Positions 39,290 through 54,173 of a DNA stretch of 64,000 nucleotides are shown piece after piece. Where the stretch lies: assembly GCA_951406725.2 (NCBI GenBank), contig OX597814.1, positions 106,454,001-106,518,000 of the forward strand, in the 5' to 3' direction. The notes under the pieces are model-generated. The model was not told where the DNA came from and searched no databases. It was given only the letters and a program-made list of their open reading frames with translations. The position numbers and the translations under genes were made by a program. Within the stretch, counting starts at the first letter, position 1, and each line of letters starts with the position of its first letter. Source of the stretch: Octopus vulgaris (taxonomy: Eukaryota).

Positions 39290-40418
39290 AGCCAAGCCGG
39301 AACAGATATTTTTCACGAGGCATTCTCGTTGCTACCTCGTCAATATCTGACCTAAAATTTTCAAATCGTCGCACTCGCGCCAAATTTATCGGCAGCAAAT
39401 AAATATAAGCCGCCGATTCCATTACGGAATTAACCAGAAAATTCATAATTAATCAATATAGGGTGGCAAAAAAAAATTTTGTAGAATTCTTTTGCCACCA
39501 GCGGCCTAGTGGGAAAAAATTAAATAGTCATAAACCATTTTTAAGTTCAACATCACAATCAAGGAACGGCCATAATAGGCCATTCACCCACTAGAAATAA
39601 CAGCCAAAAGCTTTAACCGCAAAATAACGTCAATTCCGTAAACCAGGAGAAAATTGAAAAACATTTACCCTGTAATTTCTTAGACGATGCACCGTTTCAT
39701 CTTCTGTTTAATGGAAAACTAACCTGATTAAATTAAATCAAGCCAATCTACCATAGGCCCTTAGATTCATCAGTAAGAAATAGCCAAGCCGGAACAGATA
39801 TTTTTCACGAGGCATTCTCGTTGCTACCTCGTCAATATCTGACCTAAAATTTTCAAATCGTCGCACTCGCGCCAAATTTATCGGCAGCAAATAAATATAA
39901 GCCGCCGATTCCATTACGGAATTAACCAGAAAATTCATAATTAATCAATATAGGGTGGCAAAAAAAATTTGATTTAATTTAATCAGGTTAGTTTTCCATT
40001 AAACAGAAGATGAAACGGTGCATCATCTAAGAAATTACAGGGTAAATGTTTTTCAATTTTCTCCTGGTTTACGGAATTGACGTTATTTTGCGGTTAAAGC
40101 TTTTGGCTGTTATTTCTAGTGGGTGAATGGCCTATTATGGCCGTTCCTTGATTGTGATGTTGAACTTAAAAATGGTTTATGACTATTTAATTTTTTCCCA
40201 CTAGGCCGCTGGTGGCAAAAGAATTCTACAAAATTTTTTTGCCACCCTATATTGATTAATTATGAATTTTCTGGTTAATTCCGTAATGGAATCGGCGGCT
40301 TATATTTATTTGCTGCCGATAAATTTGGCGCGAGTGCGACGATTTGAAAATTTTAGGTCAGATATTGACGAGGTAGCAACGAGAATGCCTCGTGAAAAAT
40401 ATCTGTTCCGGCTTGGCT

Positions 40419-40525
40419 ATTTCTTACTGATGAATCTAAGGGCCTATGGTAGATTGGCTTGATTTAATTTAATCAGGTTAGTTTTCCATTAAACAGAAGA
40501 TGAAACGGTGCATCGTCTAAGAAAT
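40419..40525 (+). ncRNA. Type I hammerhead with extended stem II
   Basis: ATTTCTTA-CTGATGA-ATCT(~60 nt with a G-U-rich hairpin ATGG..AGATTGGCTTGATT/AATCAGGTTAGTTT..CCAT)AGAT-GAAA-CGGTGCATCG-TC-TAAGAAAT: 8-bp stem I, GUC site at 40515-40517. Confidence 0.82.
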
Positions 40526-40643
40526 TACAGGGTAAATGTTTTTCAATTTTCTCCTGGTTTACGGAATTGACGTTATTTTGCGGTTAAAGCTTTTGGCTGT
40601 TATTTCTAGTGGGTGAATGGCCTATTATGGCCGTTCCTTGATT

Positions 40644-40692
<49 letters not shown>

Positions 40693-40963
40693 GTAACCAT
40701 GAATATGCATGTATATATCTATTCTCATTTATCTTTTACTCCTTTCAGTCATAAGACTGCGGCCATCCTGGTGCACCGCTTTGAAGAATTTTTAAGCTGG
40801 TAAGCTACAGTGGTGGGGGTGTACATACATCGACACCGGTTGCCAAGAGACACAAAGACACACGCACACACACACATAGATGTTTTCACCTCCCAAATCC
40901 ACTCACACGACCCAATGCTATAGTGGAACTGAACCTGGAATCGTATGGTTATATATGTTAGTT

Positions 40964-41058
<95 letters not shown>

Positions 41059-42123
41059 TGTATACCCACTCAATTGAAAAATATGCGAGTGTATATTTTC
41101 CCTGACTTATGGTCTCTTAGGCGTATATATATATACAAATTCGCGCGCGCGCGTGTGTGTACATGTGTATATGTTTATGTATTTATAGGAATATACATGT
41201 ATACGTGTGTGTGTGCTATGATTACATTTGTTACTTGAAAGTGCATTTTGCGAATATATGTATTTCAGTGTGTGTATATAGATGTGCTAAATAAATGTAA
41301 AAACACGCACACATCATTATGAAGACATGAGCGAATGGCAATTTAATTAGCCTGTGTTATGCGGGAAATATCTATATAAATATTCACTCACTAACAGTCA
41401 AGCTATCTACATTTACAAACGTATAATATGTGCAAAGGAGAAGACAGAGGTATACTTTAGAAACATATACAGATGCTTAGCGTAAATGGAACTGACTGAT
41501 GTCGTAAATAATAAACATAAACCGCAAATGGAAGTTACTGAAGTAAAGACAAATCTTTAAGTGTGTTTGACTTACTGTAGACCTACATGGCAATTAGTCG
41601 CTCACACAAACTATCTCATTCTCTTTCTATTCCTCTATATTCTATATCCATATGTTATATATATATTTGTACGTGTGTAGGTGGAGTTGTTTGGATGCAA
41701 CTACAAACAGAAAATGAAGCAGTTTTACTGAGTTATGACTGAGGGCAAAAACTTGAAAGAATTGGCCTTCTGTTACTTGTTGTTCAATATGCATGAAGAT
41801 ATGTTAAAATTTTAGCGACTTCGATAATTTCATGACCAACCATTTCATGTTGCTGCCAATAGTTCTTCGTATATTTCAGGGGTTTTTTGGCTTTTTTAAT
41901 TTTTTTTATTATTATTATATTTTTTTGCTTTCTTTCTTCCCTGTTAATATTCCTCTCTTGGCATATCTTCACATTTTTACGGCTGCCAATCTAATCATTG
42001 TTTCTTTTTGCTCTCCACATCTTCCGCTTCTTCTTCTGTCTGTCTGTGCGTCTGTTTTATTTTTTCATTCCATTACTTCTCACTTTTTGATCTCTTCCTT
42101 CTCTCCATGGTTCTTTCTCTCTC

Positions 42124-42181
<58 letters not shown>

Positions 42182-42291
42182 GCACTTAACCTTTCTATAT
42201 CTGTGTGTCTCACAACCTTACCTTCTCTCATTCACTACAGGTGTACATGCATGTGCGTCTATTTTATACGTACACGTGTGTGTAGATAGAC

Positions 42292-42341
<50 letters not shown>

Positions 42342-42342
42342 T

Positions 42343-42373
<31 letters not shown>

Positions 42374-42414
42374 GTAGGTAGGGAGGTAGGGAGGTAAGTA
42401 GGCAGGTAGGTAGG

Positions 42415-42490
<76 letters not shown>

Positions 42491-42987
42491 CAGACAGAAA
42501 GACGAACGGACGGACGGATAGACAGACAGACAGACAGATAGATACACAGACAGACAGACATGCAAACAGATGCACATGTGTCTATATATATGTAATACAT
42601 AAATACACGCATACACACACATACATATATATATATAACTGTATTCCTTCCGAAAAATTCCCCTCTCCTTCTCCCCATCCCTCTCTCTCTCTCTCTCTCT
42701 CTCTCTCATTCTCTCTCTTTCTCTGCATCACTATGCCAGCCTGTTTCTCTCTCTTCCTTCTCTATTTCTTTTACCATCGTTTGTGTATCATTGCTCCTAA
42801 ACGTATTTAGCCCACACCAGAGAAAGAAAGAGAGAGACAGAGAGACAGAGAGAAAGAGAGACAGAGACAGAGAGAAAGAGAGACAGAGACAGAGAGAAAG
42901 AGAGAGAGAGACAGAGAGAAAGAGAGAGAGAGACAGAGAGAAAGAGAGAGAGAGAGGGAGAAGGAGAGAGAGGGGGAAATATTATTA

Positions 42988-43027
<40 letters not shown>

Positions 43028-44538
43028 TATTATTATCATCATCATCATCGTCATTATTATGATTATTGCCTACTATTGCCAACCTAGTTGTATATTAATT
43101 ATGTCTTTGAGTAACTTCCACAGACATTTTGCTTCTTTTCTTGCTCTGCCTGCGATAAAATTTTGTATAATTTTCTTTTTTTTTTCCGGGCAATTCTTAC
43201 TCGGATAATCATCATTATGTAAGAACCTAATTCCTCATTCTCGCCAAATAATTTCATTCTCTCCTTAATCTTCTCTTTATTTTTTTTTTTTTCTGGGGTT
43301 CTATATATTTATTTCGCTGTTCCGTACAGCAACTTGGAACCGGCTTTAGTTTGAATATTGAAAGGAAGTTCCATCATCTTTGATTATGGAAGCATATGAT
43401 GGTTATAGGAACAAGACGCTTTTAGGGGGGGGGCATATTAGAAAAAGAACCTAGCTGCTCATAAGATGTATAAGTTCAGCTTTTAGGAGAATAGAGAGTT
43501 TCGTAAAGAGTCCCACTGTCCTATAAATAGGACACTAAATGAGAACATTAAATAAGCTATATCACATTGTCTCCGTGTCCTATTTATAGGACATCGAGTA
43601 TTTCCATTTCTACTTGAAGTAAAGGAGTTTTAATAATTATTTTTTTCATTTTAACCTATTTTCAATCATCGGTAAAAATTTAAAAGTAATATTCAGAAAT
43701 TTAAGTACTCTGGGACTTAATGGGTTATTGAGGGCGCTATGTTGCAGTGTTTACTGACAGTGGGAGACATAGGGAAGAGAATTCTTCAGAATTAGAATTA
43801 GAATTTCATGTACATACATTCATATATACAGAAAAGCATGCACATGCACGCATGCACTTATTTATATAAACAGGCGTGGCAGTGGGGTAAGAAGCTTGCT
43901 TCCGGTTATAGACTACGGTCGTTGGTTGTGCTTCGTGCTGAAATTATCGTTGGATCTACCGTTGGATTATATTGTTACTCCTGCTGGTATCGTTGAACTT
44001 GTTAGTATTATTTGTTGAACTGTTCTGTTTCTCGGTTACGGGAAATAGAAATTGTTACATATTTTCTGTGGCCGTTGTGGCGTTGTATATATTTTTCTGT
44101 TAAAAAATTGAACTGTTTAAAAGTCTTTGCGGACTAATTTGTGAGCCCCGCCCCCAGCGGGGTGGGAACTAAACTGTTTTTGAACTGTTTTAAACTGTGT
44201 CGTACTGTTTTGAACTGTTTTTGAACAGTTGACCTCTTCTTGGGGAGAATTTAAATTATTTTATTCTCCTCCAACAGTGTGGATACGGAGAGAAAAATAA
44301 TTTTATATACGCCTATATAAATATTTATGTGAATATGTATGTGAATATGTAGGTAGATAGGTAAGTAGATAGGTAGGTAGGTAGGTAGGTAGGTAGGTGG
44401 GTAGATAGGTAGGTAGGTAAGTTGATAGGTAGGTAGGTAGATAGGTAGGTATATACCATGAAAGATAAGTAAATAGATAGAAGGATAGATAAGTAGATAG
44501 ATAGATAGATAGACAGATAAATAGATAAACAGACAGAC

Positions 44539-44581
<43 letters not shown>

Positions 44582-45377
44582 TAACTTTCTTTATTGGCCA
44601 CACAGGGCTGAAATACAGAGGGGACAAATACAAATGTAGAGCTTTTCTTTTCGAAGAAGGAAAAAGAAAACAGGAAACATAAAAGGAAACAAATGTAAAA
44701 TTCCGATCAAAAAAGATCGGAAAAAAAAGAAGAAAAAAAAAGGGAAAAAAAGGAAGAAAAAGGAAAAAAAGAAAAAAGCGATCAAAAGGGATCTGATCAC
44801 AGAAACCCATTTTTTAACAGTAAGAAACAAAATTAGGCTCATCCGTGGGAAGAAAAGCCTACAGAAAAGACCACGGTAACCTCAGTCAGGGAGGAAATAA
44901 ACACATGAGAGCAAAGTGCTCTCTCTCTCTCTTTCTCCCCCCTCTCTCTCTCTCTCTTTTACGATTTACAGGATCATGCTCAAAGTGGTTTCGTCACTCG
45001 CACGCACCATCTTTGCTACATTCACCCACCCTTTTTTGAAAGTTTCGCGAGACAGACAGATAGATAGAGAGATATGTTTCAGCTGAGAAGCTGCATGTAC
45101 CCCATCTTATCCACTAGACCGTCACTACTATATTTCTAACCCTACTCATCCAGGCCCCTGTCATATATCCCGGTTTACCTTTTCTGTAAATACTGTTGAA
45201 AATGCACACCACCCTCAAGCATTTCTGAAATCACGTTTCAATATTTGTGGACAGACCAGATATATTGGTTTTAGCTTTTGACACAAGGCCAGCAACAGTT
45301 TGGGGCAAGGCGTCAAGTTGGTCACTTTGACCTCATATCTCAACTAGAACACATTTTATCGATCCCGAAAAGATGAA

Positions 45378-45765
45378 AGGCGCAGGCGTGACTGTGTGGT
45401 AAGAGGTTTGCTTACCAACCACATGGTTCCAGGTTCAGTCCCACTGCATGGCACCTTGGACAAGTGTCTTCTATAGCATAGGGGCCGACCAAAGCCTTGT
45501 GAGTGTGGATTTGGTAGACGGAAACTGAAAGAATCCCGTCGTATATATGTATATATGCCTTTGTTTCTGTGTTTGTCCCTCACCAAATCGCCTGACAATC
45601 GATGTTGGTGTGTTTATTTACCCGAAACTTAGCAGTTTGGCAAAAAAAAAAACATAGAATAAGTACTAGGCATACAAAGAATAAGTCCTGGGGTCGATTT
45701 GTTCGACTAAAGGCCATGCTCCAGCATGGCCGCAGTCAAATGACTGAAACATGTAAAAGAGTAAA
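45378..45765 (+). mobile_element. SINE family A nested in a family C SINE
   Basis: Family C sequence stops at GATGAAAGG and resumes as AAGTCGGCGGAATTTGA after the family A tail. Confidence 0.8.
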
Positions 45766-47515
45766 GTGGAAGTCGGCGGAATTTGATCTCAGAACCGACG
45801 AAATGCCGTTATGCATCTTGCCGGGCGTGCTTACGACTTATAAACGCTTTATTACTACACAAAAGGTATGGGTCGGTCTGCTTTCAAAAGAAGACTGCAT
45901 TCTGCTTATTTAAATGTTTATTTTAATGTGTAATTGTTTTACCAAGGGAGCCGTTTCACTGAATATTCCAAGTAGATTTCAAAATACGGATTGTTCTGTT
46001 GGTGATAACCTGAGCGCACTGTTTTGTCTTTTAAATGAAATCCCTCCCCACATAGCAGAATTTAGCTTACAAACACAATGTAGAAGCGCGCACACACTTA
46101 CGGAAGCGCTCGCAAATACACATGCACAGACAAGCATATATTCACGCAAGTGTGCTCTGTTTGTTAGTGTGTGTGTGTGTGTGCGCGCGCGCGCATATGT
46201 TGCTTGTATATATATAGTATTTGAAATCTCAATGACAATCTCAATTGAGTTGCCTGTTGCCTGATTGAAAAAATAAGATAAAAATATCTTTGAACTGTTT
46301 CATGTTATAAGCTTGAATTTCTGAATTTGTAATTGGATAAAATAATAAATAAATAAATAAAATAAATACATAACTACAGCATGTAAATAAAATAAATACA
46401 TAAATACAACATATAAATAAAATAAATATATAAATCAATTGAATATTTTTCTATTTCAAAATGAAATCAAATTTGACAAATATTTCGTAATATATATAAA
46501 AATATTTTTTAAAAACACTTGTAGCTACAAAAACAACAGCAAGCAAGCAAAAATATTAATTGCAAATGGAAACAAATTATTAATTTAAATAAATTTATGA
46601 ACTAAATTTCAACTCTTTTATCCAGGAAATATATTCTGCTGAGCACGTAGAAACTGAACATTGGTATTAATGAAGCGGATCGTTTGGAATTAAAACTGAA
46701 CGCAATCGATTTTAACAATCATTACCATTATCGCTAATTATCATGTTAACAATATTTCCTCTTCAAAATGGACCCTTTTCCGCCAGAAAGCAATTGATAT
46801 TCACAACAATATTAACAATGATAAATTTATTAAAGGACGATGAATGTTAGTGGAGACTGCCTAAAATTTTAATAAATATATTGCAAAATTTTATTCCGCT
46901 TCCTTTGGTTCCGTAATCTAAAACCGCTGAAGACTTCACCGTTTTGCCCCGAAGGCTCAATTCACAACAAACGGAATTGAACACCCGACTCTAATCCGAA
47001 ATAATGAATGGCTGAAGAGAATAATTATTTAGTATTTGTGTTGTCGTTGTAGCGTTTATTTAGCTCCCGGTCATCCTTCATTTGGATCCACATTTTATTT
47101 GACACAAAACACACCCTACATCCGTTTCAAGAAACAGTGGAAAATGAGAGAAATCCAACTGTTATTTCTACCAGTTCCACCGATCACATCGAGGTTCCCG
47201 TAAAGCTAAAAAAGAATAAAGAGAAATTGTTTCTGCTTAATCAGATATAATCGATTGTCCAGGTTGATTTAATTACCAGAATATATTTTTTGATACTAAG
47301 TTGGCCACGACTAACAACAGCGAAGCAGTTCTTTGGAAAAGTTAATCAAGAAATGAAATATGCACCGGAAATAGTCTTCGCAGTTCGTGAAAAATCTCAC
47401 ATCAGAATGGAAGCGTTTGAATTAAGACACATGCATATTTAATTCTACAGAGTCTGATCACGACAAAACATTCTTCTTTTTATTCGCTGAGAAAGTCAGA
47501 GGGAAAAAGTCTGTA

Positions 47516-47573
<58 letters not shown>

Positions 47574-49122
47574 CGTTTCTTTTGGAAATCTAGGAATTTA
47601 TATTTCCTACGAAAAATAATGCTCCACGTTATATATGAAACGCGACGACAGTTAAAAAATTGATACTTTAAAATGTGATGTAAGAAAAATGCATATCTAA
47701 TGGACGCTATGTAGTAACAAAGGATATAGCTGTAAATTCTTTAGTTAACACGATCTATGTTGACAGGTGCAAAAATCCTATCTTTACATATTTTATCATT
47801 GTGGCCAGAAAAATAAAAATCAACCGCATTAGTTTCAGTAGAGATTGCATGAATGACAGACGACCATCTTTCATTGTCCACAGCAACGCTACTTATAATT
47901 CAATCCATGGCACTCCGTCGGTTACGACGACGAGGGTTCCAGTTGATCCGATCAATGGAACAGCCTGCTCGTGAAATTAACGTGCAAGTGACTGAGAACT
48001 CCACAGACACGTGTACACTTCACATAGTTCTCGGGGAAGATTCAGCGTGACACAGAGTGTGACAAGTCGGGCCCTTTGAAATACAGGTACAACAGAAACA
48101 GGAAGAAAGAATGAGAGAAAGTTGTGGTGAAAGAGTATAGCAGGGTTCGCCACCATCCCCTGCCGGAGCCTTGTGGAGCTTTTGGTGTTTTCTCTCAATG
48201 AACACTCACTCTGGGAATCGAAACTGCGATCCTACGACCGCGAGTCTGCCGCCCTAACCACTGCACCATTGCGCCTCCACTATTATTCTATTATTATAAA
48301 TAGTCTTAGTAAATCGGAAAGACCAATTTGCATATGTAACGCATTATTGACAGCTAGTAATAGTGGGTTTGTTTGTGAGGCTTCCATGTAGAGTAAGAAA
48401 GGTTACTCAGTCGATGATGGCTACCCGATACAAGGTTAAATCAAGTCTGTTGAACCCTTTTTTTCGGTCTGCAAAAGACATTGCATAGAGCGACAAGATG
48501 ATTACTTTTATGCATTTCACACAGTATTTACTAAATTAAACCGGAGAACGACTCTATATGATAATTCAGTATCGAAACGAAACACTGTTTGCGTAGTAAT
48601 GATTTAGAGGCGAAGAATAATGGCAAATATTGCAAAGGAAGAAAACCACCAGAGAACACAAAAGAAACTGCTTTTCACTTCTGGTCAGACAACCATTATA
48701 AAATAGTGTCTAAAAAGCTGAGAAGAAAGTGAATTTTGTAAGAGATTAGTAAACATGAAAGGCGATGATATAAACGAATATGATGAGAGGATGGACTAGA
48801 CAAATTAGTACGAAGTAGAAACTAGACATCAGTGAATAGATTACGAGTTGACCCTTAACAAGTGAGAACTGCTTGAGGAGATTAGAGATGAAAGTCGAGA
48901 CGGCAAGAGTTTTTTTTTATCGCTATTGGTTATTGATTGGTAGTCTTTATCGATCTGAGATAATCCTACGCGAAACAAAGCTGAATGTAGATGGAGCAGA
49001 CAGGCGGGTGGATGACTGCGGAGAACAGATAATCAATCACAAAGAGTCTATACAAAAATGTGAGCCAAAGCCAAACCTTTTGGCGAATATGACAGCTGGC
49101 TAAGGACTGATGTTCAGCGACT

Positions 49123-49123
49123 C

Positions 49124-49189
<66 letters not shown>

Positions 49190-49577
49190 TGCAGGAGCAG
49201 CAGCAACAGTAATAGTGGTGATGGTGGTGGTGGTAATAGCGGTGCTGGTGGTGGCGGCGGCTGTAGTCTTCGTCGCCGTGACAGTGGTGGTGGTGGTGCT
49301 GCTGCTGCTGCTGCTGGTCTTTGTTGTCGTCGTGGTCGACGTCGTGGTCGACGTCGTGGCAGTGGTGGTGGTGGTGGCGCTGCTGCTATTGCTGCTGCTG
49401 CCTGTGGTGGTCGTCGTTGCAGCTGTGGTGGTGGTGGGGGGGTGATGGTGGTGGTGGTGGCGGTGGTGGTAGTGATTGTGGTGGTGGTGGCGGTAATGGT
49501 GATGATAGTGGTGGTAGTGATAGTGGTCGTGATAGTGGTAGTGGTGGTGGTCATCGTCGTCCTCGTCGTCGTCGTGG
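49123..49577. repeat. Compound trinucleotide tract (GTA/GTG/GCT/GTC)
   Basis: Directly visible simple repeats. Confidence 0.9.
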
Positions 49578-49776
49578 TAGAGTCAATAACATTTTAGATT
49601 GACGTTAGGTGGAATCATTGAGACAATTCCGGAGATATAACAACCTTCACAGGAAGTATGGCACCAAAGAATACAGTTGACATGGTAAAATAAGGTCAGG
49701 CATGGTTAGTGTACGGACGGCTATATATACAGAGGATCGATTAACGAACAGTTATCTATAGAATGGATACTTATAC

Positions 49777-49812
<36 letters not shown>

Positions 49813-49816
49813 GTAT

Positions 49817-49856
<40 letters not shown>

Positions 49857-49887
49857 GTATATATATATATATATTTATATATATATG

Positions 49888-49935
<48 letters not shown>

Positions 49936-51310
49936 GTATGATTGTAAACAGGGCAAATTTTAGCAATGTGTCCACTGACTGAAAAAATTATGAACAACCT
50001 TAATCGATTTTCGAACCTTATTGTGTTCTCACCAGAGGCTGGTTACATATATAGTGTAAGGTGGGGGTGATATTATGAAAGAATAATTAAACCGGTTAAG
50101 TGTTTGGAAATGAAATTGTATGAATAGTATGCCTGGCATGGGAGACAGACAGACAGACAAAGACAGACAGACAGACTGACAGATAGAAATACAGAGACAG
50201 AGAGAGACTGGCAGACAGATTGACAGACAGATAGACAGAGAGACAGACTGACAAACAGAAAGATAGAGACAGAGACAGACTAACAGACAGACTGACAGAC
50301 AGAGACAGACTGACAGATAGAGAGAGACAGAGACAGCGTGACAGAGATGGAGGAGCAAATACTGTTTTATAGAGAGGAGAGGAGAAAAAGCAATGTTGTG
50401 CACTGGAAGAAAAGGAACACTTTATGATGCAGAGATCGATAAACGGTGATTGATATTTCATCGAAGCACTCGTCTTGTAAGATCTGAAGAATATCTTAAT
50501 CAGTAACTGTGGTCTGGCAGGCTTCGTTGACCTGTGGTTCCAGATTACAATCCACTGAGTAGAAACTTGGGAAGCACACTGACGGAGATCTACATCCACA
50601 ACAACTTCAAGCTCCGGTAGACGGAAACTGTGAGGAATCCTGCTGAAAGGACGCTACATGATCTTAGATAGTAGTCTGCATCAATCACCTGATAACTGAG
50701 GTCTTTTATTAAAGTCTCCTCTGTTTCAAGCATTTGTACAAGGTCAATGGACTGAGAAGAACTTGATATTTTTCTCCATTTTCCTCGTTCCTAATCTTAG
50801 GCTCCCTGTAAATGGACCACGAGCATTGACTACTGATGTTGCCCATGTCAACCATTAAAAGTACTTATTATCGTGTAAGCACTAGAGGGGTATTACTAGC
50901 TAAAATAAAATCATGAACGTTTGTTTGTTCTGTAACTTGGAATCCGGCAAAGATTTCTTCCATCTTAAACATGAACAAATGATAAGAATACAAGAATGGA
51001 ACCAATTAAGATGGAAGCAATGTTAGTCTTGTATACCGTTAATCAAAGAAAACAGTTAATCCTGTATTGTCCGAATATCTCGAATAATCGTTAGCAAGGA
51101 TTGTATGAACATGTTTGGTATTGCAACAAGGATTCTGGAAATAAGATCGTCTGTTAATCAAAACATTCAGTTTGGAAACAAAAGCAAATAGGAGACTTTG
51201 GTCAATAAAACAACAAAATTCTTTGACTTGACTTTAAATCGGACCTTTAAATGCACGCACACATATGCACACACACACACATACATACATATTTATATAT
51301 ACATATACAT

Positions 51311-51363
<53 letters not shown>

Positions 51364-51439
51364 TGTGTGGCCTGGTGGTAAAGATGCTGCAGTCGCGATA
51401 GCTAGAAAGTGGGTTTGATTCCATGACTGGGTGGTGCGA

Positions 51440-51878
51440 AAAGGAGGAGGAGAAGAGGAGGAGGGGGAGGAAGGAGAGGAGAAGAAAGAGGACGGGAAAG
51501 GAAGAGAAGGGGAAGGAAGAGGAGGGGAAAGTAAGAGGACGGGAAGGAAGAGATGGGAAAGAAGAGGAGGGGAAGGAAGGGGAGGGGAAGGAGGAGGAGG
51601 AAGGGGAGGAGGAAGGGGAGGGGAAGGAGGAGGAGGAAGGGGAGGAGGAAGGGGAGGAGGAGGAGGAAGGGGAGGAGGAAGGGAAGGAGGAGGGGAAGAT
51701 GAGAGGAGGGGAAGATGGGAGGAGGGGAAAGATAGGAGGAGGAAGAGAAAGAGGAAGAGGAGGAGGAGGAGGGGGAGGAGGAAGGGATGGAGGAGGAAGG
51801 GATGGAGGAGGAGGAGAGGACGACGACGACGACGACGAGAAGAAGAAGAAGAAGAAGAAGAAGAAGAAGAAGAAGAAG
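51440..51878. repeat. Polypurine tract (GGA/GAA-rich)
   Basis: Almost only G and A, ending in (GAA)n. Confidence 0.9.
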
Positions 51879-52008
51879 GTTTCTCTTTATGAATTCTTGC
51901 AAATATTGGCATTATGGCATTGTGTTAATTCTTTATTATTGGATTGTAACGTTTGAGTTCTTTGTTTTCATTAACAGGGGAAAAGAGGAGAGAGAGAGAA
52001 GCAGAGTG

Positions 52009-52053
<45 letters not shown>

Positions 52054-52329
52054 GAGAGAGAGATGAAGAGAAATTGAGAGGGAGCGAATGATTTGCTAGA
52101 AGACAATTACAGAGCTATGGCACCAAATATCGTGATTATACAGTAACGAATTCGTGTAAAAGAATTCAGAATCGCTGATTTATTTGAAAATTATTCAAAG
52201 ACAAACCTACCTTTGCACTGACATTTTCGAACTGGCATTAATATCCATATTCATAAACATGCAGAGAAACACACAGCTTGCATAATCAGTTTTCTAGGAA
52301 TGCTTGTGTGCGGGTTTTTTCATCTGCGT

Positions 52330-52411
<82 letters not shown>

Positions 52412-52486
52412 GTCTATCTATCTACCTCTGTCTATCTATCTGTATACATATGTACATACATACACACACACAGACACATATATGAG

Positions 52487-52645
52487 CTGGCGTTGCTATG
52501 TGGTAAGAAGCTTGCTTCCCAACCACATGGTTTCGCGTTCAGTCCCACTGCGTGGCACCTTGGGCAAGTGTCTTCTACTTATATAGCCTCGGCCCGACCA
52601 AAGACTTGTGAGTGGATTTTTTAGAGGGAAACTGAAAGAAGCCCG

Positions 52646-52701
<56 letters not shown>

Positions 52702-52910
52702 TTGTGTATATGTTTGTGTGTCTGTGTTTGTCCACCCAACATCGCTTGACAACCGATGCTGGTGTGTTTACGTGCCCATAACTTAGCGGTTCGACAAAAG
52801 AGACCGATAGAATAAGTCCTGGGGTCGATTTGCTCGACTAAAGGTGGCGCTCCAGCATGGCCACAGTCAAAATGTCTGAAACAAGTAAACGAATAAACGA
52901 ATAAAAGAAA
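52487..52910 (+). mobile_element. SINE family A
   Basis: Head ...GTGGTAAGAAGCTTGC, internal (TA)n, standard tail. Confidence 0.85.
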
Positions 52911-52917
52911 GATATAG

Positions 52918-52967
<50 letters not shown>

Positions 52968-53403
52968 TGCCAGTGTATGTGACTGTGGCCACTCCCTGTG
53001 AACGTTACGCATATATGTTTATGAAAACGGATTATATACAAGCGCACGAGGTTTCAAACATACGTACTCGGCTATATGCACAAACACATGCGCATACATA
53101 ATGTACGCATGCACCTGGACAAACAATGCAATTATACACACACGCACACATACATATGGATATACTTACATACATGCATATAAATTTACAACGAAAACTA
53201 TATATTAGCATAAATTTCAAAGAAAATAATAATTACAGTTATTTACGTATGATATCAAATCTATCATTATTGGTTTATCATTCGTGTGTGCATGATATGT
53301 GCGTGTGTGTGTACGTGTGTGTGTGTGAAAGAGAGAGAGAGAGAGAAATAAGAAATAGTGGCACAATGTTTGCTGGAAATAGCAGTCGATAACCTCTGGA
53401 TAG

Positions 53404-53475
53404 TCTAGGACCCGAGTTTCGGACTACCCGAAATACGGTTGTTAGCGTAAATTTAATTAGTCCTCTTCAGCTAGA
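53404..53475 (-). ncRNA. Canonical type I hammerhead within a longer hairpin (53346-53537)
   Basis: TCTAG-CTGAAGA-GGACTA(...)TAGTCC-GAAA-CTCGGG-TC-CTAGA. Flanks 53360-53393 and 53479-53513 are complementary. Confidence 0.88.
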
Positions 53476-54117
53476 TTTGTTATCGACTGCTATTTTCAGT
53501 AAACATTGGTGCCTTGTTGTACCACAATTTCTTATTTATTATTCTATCTTTACAGTGCTTCATTTGACTAGAAAATGATATTATTGTATTGTACTGCAAT
53601 GATATTTAAATTTTTTTATATGTGTATATATCAACCCCCACTTTTTCTCTCTCTCGTTGCCCAAACGTGACCATCGTCTATCTTTCCTTTCCTCACGCGA
53701 CCATCTTTTTTTTCCTGCACGGACGTTCAAAGGACCGGGCGTTTTTTTCTGTCTTCTATTTTCTCTCTTTTGAAAGAAAATAGTTCTGCCAGCATTCACT
53801 ATTTTCTTCACGTTCTGGTCTAACGACCTTCCATGTTTGTGTTCGTTCGGTTTCCTTGTATGTCTCCACTGTCCTGTTTTTGTTCCCTCCTGAATTTTAT
53901 TTTAGAATTTATGGGGGAAAACTGTTTTGAAGACTCCTATTGTCGTTGAATGCTCGAAATGAAGATAGACAGCTGATAATAAATTAAGGGGCGTTTCTCT
54001 ATGTGTTACTTGTCTTGTTTTCCACTTCTTCATTGTTTACGCATTTAACTCGTTTGTCTACGTATTGCATGTTGTTTACACAGTTGGTGACGTCCCATAT
54101 ATACATATATATGTATG

Positions 54118-54172
<55 letters not shown>

Positions 54173-54173
<1 letters not shown>

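Larger units (their letters stand above)
38956..40648 (-). mobile_element. Non-coding 492-bp tandem array (~2.06 units) plus ~680-bp inverted arm; complete element between (TA)n tracts
   Basis: ATTAATCAATATAGGGTGGC at 38956, 39448 and 39940; strand switch at ~39969; inverted arm ends at 40648 in (AT)n. Confidence 0.87.

Noticed and set aside
39246-40462. 66-aa ORF occurring three times
   Set aside because: It recurs only because the unit repeats, runs into the ribozyme, and has no recognisable domain.
43509-43728. piggyBac-like end GGGACTTAATGGGTTA with internal inverted repeat TGTCCTATAAATAGGACAC
   Set aside because: Only one degraded end and no TTAA duplication could be confirmed.
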